From the NCBI GenBank assembly GCA_047967505.1, contig CM106538.1: a stretch of 64,000 nucleotides of DNA. The stretch is one strand, 5' to 3'. The notes under the pieces were generated by a model, which was given only the letters and a program-made list of their open reading frames with translations, was not told the DNA's origin and made no database searches. The position numbers and the translations under genes are program-made. The stretch comes from Dipteris shenzhenensis (Eukaryota). This document shows positions 56,844 through 64,000 of the stretch, one piece after another. Within the stretch, counting starts at the first letter, position 1. The number at the start of each line of letters is the position of its first letter.

Positions 56844-58850
56844 AAATGTGTGAGATACATTTACTAATCAAAATTTTGTATGTGTGTGTGTGTGTGTCCC
56901 ACCCCTAACCCAGAGGGTAAGACCACGGGTGGGGAGTAAGCCCACCATGTGGAACATACTCCCCACCTTCTGATAATAAGTGAATAAAAGTGGATCTATA
57001 TGATAAGTGTCAAAATAAAAAAATGATACCAATAGTAAATGCGTAAACCACTTCTTCAAAATAGATATAAAAGCTAGTAAAAAACAATGTGGCTCACAAA
57101 ATGAGTAAGCATTATCCATGCTAAAGAATTATCAAATGGATGTAAATTAACTGTATGCTGACCAAAGGCTAGTTGGAAAATCAAAGTGTTTGCTAAGATT
57201 AAAAAGTCCCATCAATAATTGAGCCATACAATTAATTCCATCAATTGGATAAAAAGAAAGAAAAGGAAAACATATAAGGAAAAAAGTTTGAGACGTCTAA
57301 GTTGAAAAATGTAACAAGTAAAGTTTGAAAAAATTTCGATCAAAATTGAGAATTTTTAATAATATTGAGTTTGACAAACAAAATATTTAAAAAATATGTT
57401 GGATCCTCAGGCAGTCCAAGTTCCAAGGTTAGAGTCCACTTACCTGCCACCATCCAAACGAACTAGGTGTTAGAACATCATAGTTACATTTGCGTAGATA
57501 GGTAATGCATGTTTTCCCTAGCCTGTCATCACTTTACCTAGGAATATAGACAACCATATGGATTCTTAGACAATTTAAAAACACTTTTAAGTCACAAGTG
57601 AAGTTTAAGACACAATTGGAGTAAGGAGTGAATGAGTGCATGGGTTGAGAAGGGATTAGAGGAGTATGGAAGGATTAGTGGGCTTGGTGTGTGGGGTGGT
57701 TAAAAAGAGAATGTAAATTTCACATGGGGGTACGTAAAATATAGTTGGGAAAGTATGCATGTGTGTGTGTGCGCGCATGTGTGTGTGTGTGTGTATGTGT
57801 GTGTGTGTGTGTGGATTAAAAATTCCCATCAATAATTGAGCCATACAATTAATTCCATCAATTGGATAAAAAGTAAAAACAAAAAAACATATAAGGAAAA
57901 ATTGTTTGAGACACCTAGGTTGAAAAATGCAACAACTAGAGTTTGCAAAAGTTTTGACAAAAATTAAGAATTTTGAATAATATTGAGTTTGACAAACATA
58001 ATATTGAAAAAATATGTTGAATCCTCATGCAAACCGGGTTCCAAAGTCGGGGTCCACTTACCTACCATCATCCAAACGAATTAGGTGTTAGAACATCATA
58101 GGTACGTTTGGGCAAACAAGTAATGCCTATTTTCCCTAGCTTGTTATCGCTTTACCTAAGAATAGGACCCTCCACTCGATAGAAAATGGCTATTAGCAAT
58201 TGATTAGTCGGCGCACATAGAAAGAGCATGAAATAAACAAAAGACTAGCATATGTACACCTGCCCATGAGTTAAATTGGCATGCTTCGAATTCTAGAAGC
58301 TTTTGGCTTCATGAATCTTCCAACTGCCTTTTAGTCATGTATAGTTAGTGAGGGAGAGAGATTAAGGGGAGAGAGAGACCTACCTTCCTCTCTCTGATGC
58401 TGGTCCCTAACTTTGTGCCCCCCTCCAGGCTCGTGGGGAGGTCGGCCGTGGTGAAGGGATGGTGAACGCGGAAGCGCCAATTGATTAATCTAAGATTAAT
58501 TAATTAGAAAATTAATCAAAGTAATACTTAACTTAATTTGATTATGGAAGATGTGAACTAATTAATTAATGTGAAAGAGTCAAGGAGCAATTAGAAGAGT
58601 TTATGGATTCTTTGTTAAACCCAAGAATATAGACAACCATATGGATTCTTAGATAATTAAAAAACGTTAACGTCACAATTGAAGTAAGGAGCGAATGAGT
58701 GCATGGGTTGATAATGGATTAGAGGAGGTATGGGACGATTAGTGGGCTTGGTGTATGGGGTGGCTAAAAAGAGAGTGTAACGGGGAGATTTCATGGGGGT
58801 ACATAAAAGAATAATTCATAGTTGGGGAAGTATACAACATTTACTAATTA
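56250..58850. repeat. Three diverged tandem copies of a ~600-bp unit, the third split by an insertion
   Basis: CCCATCAATAATTGAGCCATACAATTAATTCCATCAATTGGATAAAA at ~56258, ~57208 and ~57825. A partial fourth copy lies at ~62713-62840. Confidence 0.85.
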
Positions 58851-59475
58851 AAATTGTTTGTTTATCCGTTTGTGTGTGTGTGTGTGTGTGTGCATTCGTC
58901 CTATCAAACAATCTATCCTACTACCCTATTAGACCAATTTCCAATGTTAAAGTAAACTAATTGCAAACATCCACTATTGCCCTTTTTAAAAACACATAGT
59001 GAGAGTAGTCCATTAGTAATCAATCTCTTAATATTGTATAAGTGAGAAAATTCCATATCATACTATTCCTTCTGACAAAGTGTCAAAGTGGGAGTCAATT
59101 TTTATGCTCACATTCATGTCAGTACATTGCAAAAAGTACAACAATACTGATGACTAGTCTCTAATAGAATGTTCAATCTTATCTATCAATACTTGGAGAT
59201 AATCCGTTGTAGAGTATACTTCAAAGTTGCCAACACTGTATCTTCATGCCTTAGACTTTTCAATGCAAACCTAATGGAGAGGTATGCCGACTCACCTGGC
59301 ACCATCACAACCAAATGAAGTTAGAACAATTCATTTAAGTTGTGGAAGCCAGGCTTCAATTCCGGCACATAGTTGTTATGGGTGGTAGCAAGCTAAGGGT
59401 GTCCACTTCCGGACCACTTTCGGGTGAGTGTGACACCCGCTCGAGTGAAAATACAAAGGTTTTGCTTCGGTCTCC

Positions 59476-60147
59476 AATACCTCGATCGAGGTATTAGCTC
59501 CAATGAAAATCACACACGAGGACAACCGAGCCAAGCCAATACCTCGATCGAGGTACTGGGCTTTTTCACCGGACCGAGCCTTTACCTCGATCGAGGCTTG
59601 CTGGCAAGCCACCTATACATGCCACATCTACCTCGTTCGAGGTATCGTGGCAATCCAGCTCAACCTCGATCGAGGTCAGGTGGCATGTCCAGCATACCTC
59701 GATCGAGGTATGTGCCATCCGACAGGGCAGCCGACAGGGCAGATGACATACCTCGATCGAGGTATGCTGGACCCATGACTTGGCATCCCGCTTCTGCCGA
59801 CATACCTCGATCGAGGTATCGTGGCATGTCAAAACCTCCATCGACGTGGATGTACCGACATGTATGGGCATGTCACAATACCTCGATCGAGGTATCGTGG
59901 CATGCCGATACCTCGATCGAGGTAGATGTACCGAGATGTATGGGCATGTGACAATACCTCGATCGAGGTATCGTGGCATACTGATACCTCGATCGAGGTA
60001 GATGTGCCGAGATGTATGGGCATGTCACGATACCTCGATCGAGGTGTCGTGGCATACATGCAGAATACCTCGATCGAGGTAGCTAAACCCTAATTTTTCT
60101 TATAAAAGGAGAGCGACCCCCCTCATTCCGCATACCTCGATCGAGCT
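59476..60147. repeat. Array of ~16 copies of the 16-bp palindrome TACCTCGATCGAGGTA (probable transposon subterminal binding-site array)
   Basis: Copies at ~59478, 59540, 59583, 59629, 59662, 59695, 59749, 59803, 59833 (degenerate), 59879, 59909, 59955, 59985, 60031, 60066 and 60133. Confidence 0.95.
60085..60108 (+). promoter_or_regulatory. Telo-box (AAACCCTAA) plus TATA (TATAAAAG) at the 3' end of the palindrome array
   Basis: AAACCCTAA at 60085-60093, TATAAAAG at 60101-60108, then a GC-rich exon-like stretch ending at the splice donor CAG|GTAGGG (60253). Confidence 0.55.
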
Positions 60148-60259
60148 CCTCCTCATCCACCGATTTCCGATTTGTGGGACTTCGACGGAATTGCGCGAGC
60201 GACGGAGAGCCACCAACGGACATCGACGGAGATGGACGGCGGGAGAGTCCAGGTAGGGT

Positions 60260-62100
60260 TTTTTTTATGTAGCATTTTCTTTTTGGTAAAATTTGATTAA
60301 ATTTTAGTTTATAAGAAAAATTATAAAAAATTTCTAAATTTCAAATGCATTTTAATGTTTTTCTGAAATTTATGAATTACGACATTTTTTATTTAAAATG
60401 TGAAAATGAAATTTTTTTTAAAAAATAGAGCTATTTTTAGTAAATAAAAAAACGTTCATATTAATAATTATAAAATATTTATAAATTTGAAATGCATTTG
60501 TAAATTTTTTTTAAATTTTTGAATTACGATATTTATAATTTAAAATGTGAAAATTTTAAATTTAAAAAACGTTTAATGAGGCATTTTTTATTCAAAATGT
60601 GAAAATGTTCTATATTTCTGTTTTTTTTATGTAGCATTTTCTTTTTGGTAGAATTTAATTAAATTTTAGTTTATAAGAAAAATTATAAAAAATTTCTAAA
60701 TTTCAAATGCATTTTAATGTTTATCTGAAATTTATGAATTACGACATTTTTTCTTTAAAATGTGAAAATGAAAATTTTTTTTAAAAATAGAGCTATTTTT
60801 AGTAAATAAAAAAACGTTCATATTAATAATTATAAAATATTTATAAATTTGAAATGCATTTGTAAATTTTTTTAAAATTTTTGAATTACGACATTTATAA
60901 TTTAAAATGTGAAAATTTTAAATTTAAAAAATGTTTAATGAGGCATTTTTTATTCAAAATGTGAAAATGTTCTATATTTCTGTTTTTTTTATGTAGCATT
61001 TTCTTTTTGGTAGAATTTAATTAAATTTTAGGTTATAAGAAAAATTATAAAAAATTTCTAAATTTCAAATGCATTTTAATGTTTTTTTGAAATTTATGAA
61101 TTACGACATTTTTATTTAAAATGTGAAAATGAAAATTTTTTTTTAAAATAGAGCTATTTTTAGTAAATAAAAAAACGTTCATATTAATAATTATAAAATA
61201 TTTATAAATTTGAAATGCATTTGTAAATTTTTTTAAAATTTTTGAATTACGACATTTATAGTTTAAAATGTGAAAATTTTAAATTTAAAAAACGTTTAAT
61301 GAGGCATTTTTTATTCAAAATGTGAAAATGTTTTATATTTCTGTTTTTTTTATGTAGCATTTTCTTTTTGGTAGAATTTAATTAAATTTTAGTTTATAAG
61401 AAAAATTATAAAAAATTTCTAAATTTCAAATGCATTTTAATGTTTTTTTGAAATTTATGAATTACGACATTTTTTATTTAAAATATGAAAATGAATTTAT
61501 TTTTTTTAATAGAGCTATTTTTATTAAATAAAAAAACATTCATAGGAATAATTATAAAGTATTTACAAATTTGAAATGCATTTGTAAATTTTTTATTTTT
61601 TTTTTGAATTACGACATTTATAATTTAAAATGTGAAAATTTTAAATTTAAAAAACGTTTAATGAGGCATTTTTTATTCAAAATGTGAAAATGTAAAAATT
61701 AGGTTTTTAAAAATCATCTTTGGAAAAAAAGAGATTAAAGTTATTTTTTTAAATTAGAGCTATTTTTATTGAAATAAAAAACGTTTAAATCTTAGTTTAT
61801 AGGAATAATTATAAAATATTTTTAAAATTAAAATGCATTTGAAAGTTTTTTTAAATGATTTTTGGAATTACGTAATTATTTATTTAAAATGAGAAAATGT
61901 AAATATTTTGTTTTTAAAATCATCTTTTAAAAAAGAGATTAAAGTTTAAATTAGTGCTATTTTTATTAATATAAAGAAACGTTTAAATTTTAGTTTATAG
62001 GAATAATTATAAAATATTTCTAAATCTAAAATGCATTTTAAAGTTTTTTTAATTATTTTTGGAATTATTTTTAGTCTTCAAAACCATCTTTTAAAAAATC
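60260..62100. repeat. Very AT-rich tandem array, four near-identical ~362-bp units plus degenerate subunits
   Basis: ATGTAGCATTTTCTTTTTGGTA at 60267, 60629, 60991 and 61352. Each unit contains two related AAATGCATTT...GAATTACGA...AAAATGTGAAAAT subunits. Confidence 0.95.
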
Positions 62101-63077
62101 ATCGTTTATGTGGAATATTATAGATTATATAGTTGGTTAAGAGTTGTTTCATAATTTAGGTAGAGTAAGTAGGCTGTATAAAACACCACATGGGCATTAT
62201 CCCTAAAACACCACACCACATGGGCAAAGACCCCAACACTAGAGTGGTTAGATGCATAAGCATATGGCTAATTGGATCTTGTAAATGCACCAGTGCATCG
62301 AAAACACATACGTAATTTATGATTGTCCAAAGGTCTCCTCTCTCCCCAAGCATGAGAACCAAGTGATGATCTATAGGAATGGCCACTAGTTGAGGTGGAT
62401 TGCCCAACCAAAATAGATAATATTGAAAAGGCTTAATTATTTTCTCAAAGTTCTCGCTTTAAAAGGTCTGTAGTGTGAACCCGCTCTCTTTTTTAATGTG
62501 TATAGTCCGAGAAATACTAGATGCGCCTTGCTTGTGTATCGTTCAAAGTAATGTATTAGGTATCCTTCTATCTCCTCCATATCTATTGCAAACCCAAGGC
62601 AGTAAAGCATTCAAAGAAGGTCTTATTAACCAAACCTCTCCACTATCTGTCCTTAGTATAGGGGCCATAAGTGGACAATGTGGTCCTTACACCACATGTG
62701 GAAAAGTTTCATATTGGATAAAAAGTGAAAAAAGGGAAACATATAAGGAAAAAATATTTGAGACATGTAAGTTTAAAAATGCAACAACTAGAGTTTGAAA
62801 AAATTCTAATCAAAATTAAGAATTATTAATAATATTGATTAATATTGAGCCACACATTTGGCCCATCTATCGGTAGGTGCATAGGATGATCCCAACGACA
62901 TCCTACCTCATCAAGGAGTACGTACAAATAGTTTTCATTATGTAAATAGATTATAAGTCATATTGAATAGAATATTATTTTCATTACCCAAATAGAATAT
63001 TAATTTCCATGTGTTTTTTTTGTGCATGCGCCAGCCAGCGCACAGGTTCTAGCACCACTATTCGTATGTAGATAGAG

Positions 63078-64000
63078 ATGCTGAGAGCTGAGATGAGGGC
63101 ACTGCAGGATGCTAGGGCACCCCCTCACTTGGTTGCGAGTCTGGATTCAGTTATTGAGGCTCTGGGTCGATTGGACACAGTTGAGGACGTTGTGGATAGC
63201 TTTCAGGCACAGGCTGAGGCGGAGATCACTGGATTGGAGAGCCATTCGACAGTTGTTTGAGTGTGAGTCACATCACAGGCAGGCCTTGGAGGATATGTTT
63301 TGGGATGGTCACACCGAGGCGATGCGACCACGATGATCAGGGCTCCCCTTGCATATTTTACGTTGTAGGCACCCCATCATAGTAGCACACATTTATCCGA
63401 GATATCTCGCTGCGAATGGTGGTCGATTGCCTCACAACCGTCAGATAGCCAGGTCGTTTGCCAATGCAGCTATACGCTGAGTTTGTGCTTGGTCATCGGG
63501 TGGACTACCTTAGTACTCGTCCAGGAGCGGGACATGGTAGGATGGGGCGTCAGGAGCGTCAAATTGCAGGTGTTCGGCGTTGAGGCGAGGCACCAGAGTT
63601 GCACACCATCCCTGCACTGGCATTGCGAGCAGTGGGAGGATAGATTAGGGGGGATGTTCATTTAGTGGCATCATCCTTGCAGCACATGGTCTCTGCCCTA
63701 TCAAGATCTATTGCGATTCCACCTCCCCCACCTCGATCATCGATGGAGCCTCCCACATCTACACCACCTCCCACATCTACGCCGCCTCAGCACGAGTTGG
63801 AGGCTCGAGACACACGGATTGCAGAGTTGGAGGCATTGTTGGCCGAGTCTAGGGATGAGGTTAGTTATTTTGATTATGTTAGTTTATTTTTTTGTAGCGT
63901 GTTTTGAACTGAAGTTTTTTGGTTAATTCTCACCATGTACGCGACATGTTTGCATTGCAGGCACATCTATTGCATCAGGAGATGGAGTCTCGGGTACGAC
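63078..64000 (+). pseudogene. Decayed spliced ORF of unknown function (helical, Pro-rich and coiled-coil segments), probably transposon-borne
   Basis: Overlapping plus-strand ORF fragments (MLRAEMRALQDAR..., PPPPPRSSMEPPTSTPP, ELEARDTRIAELEALLAESRDE) separated by stops and frameshifts. GT-AG intron 63860-63960. Confidence 0.45.

Noticed and set aside
59376-60059. ORFs over the palindrome array (TSIEV/PRSRY/YLDRG repeats)
   Set aside because: They are open in several frames on both strands only because the palindrome lacks stop codons.
60085-60093. Telomeric repeat
   Set aside because: A single AAACCCTAA unit next to a TATA box is a telo-box, not an interstitial telomere.
59476-60147. CRISPR array
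   Set aside because: The repeat is only 16 bp, spacers range from about 14 to 51 bp and repeat one another, there are no cas genes, and the context is eukaryotic.

Overview
Repeat-rich nuclear DNA from a land plant. The abundant (GA)n/(CA)n microsatellites and the transposon mix suggest a non-angiosperm vascular plant such as a fern, but that is inference. One intact host gene is visible: a 10-exon, minus-strand thermospermine synthase (ACL5-like, 385 aa, 28166-31442) with a GC/CpG-rich promoter containing an HD-ZIP III-type site. The rest is nested or decayed transposons. (1) An Athila-like Ty3/gypsy element whose only visible aspartic protease lies downstream of integrase. (2) A young 2.2-kb gag-only LTR element with near-identical LTRs and a GGATG TSD, inserted in that element's RT. 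(3) A 2.6-kb TIR element carrying a decayed BAH-domain-like gene. (4) Sola2-like, hAT-like and CACTA-like elements. (5) Copia, gypsy and LINE fragments. At 59.4-64 kb, about 16 copies of the palindrome TACCTCGATCGAGGTA sit directly upstream of a telo-box/TATA promoter, an AT-rich ~362-bp tandem array and a decayed spliced ORF. All calls were made by eye, without database searches.
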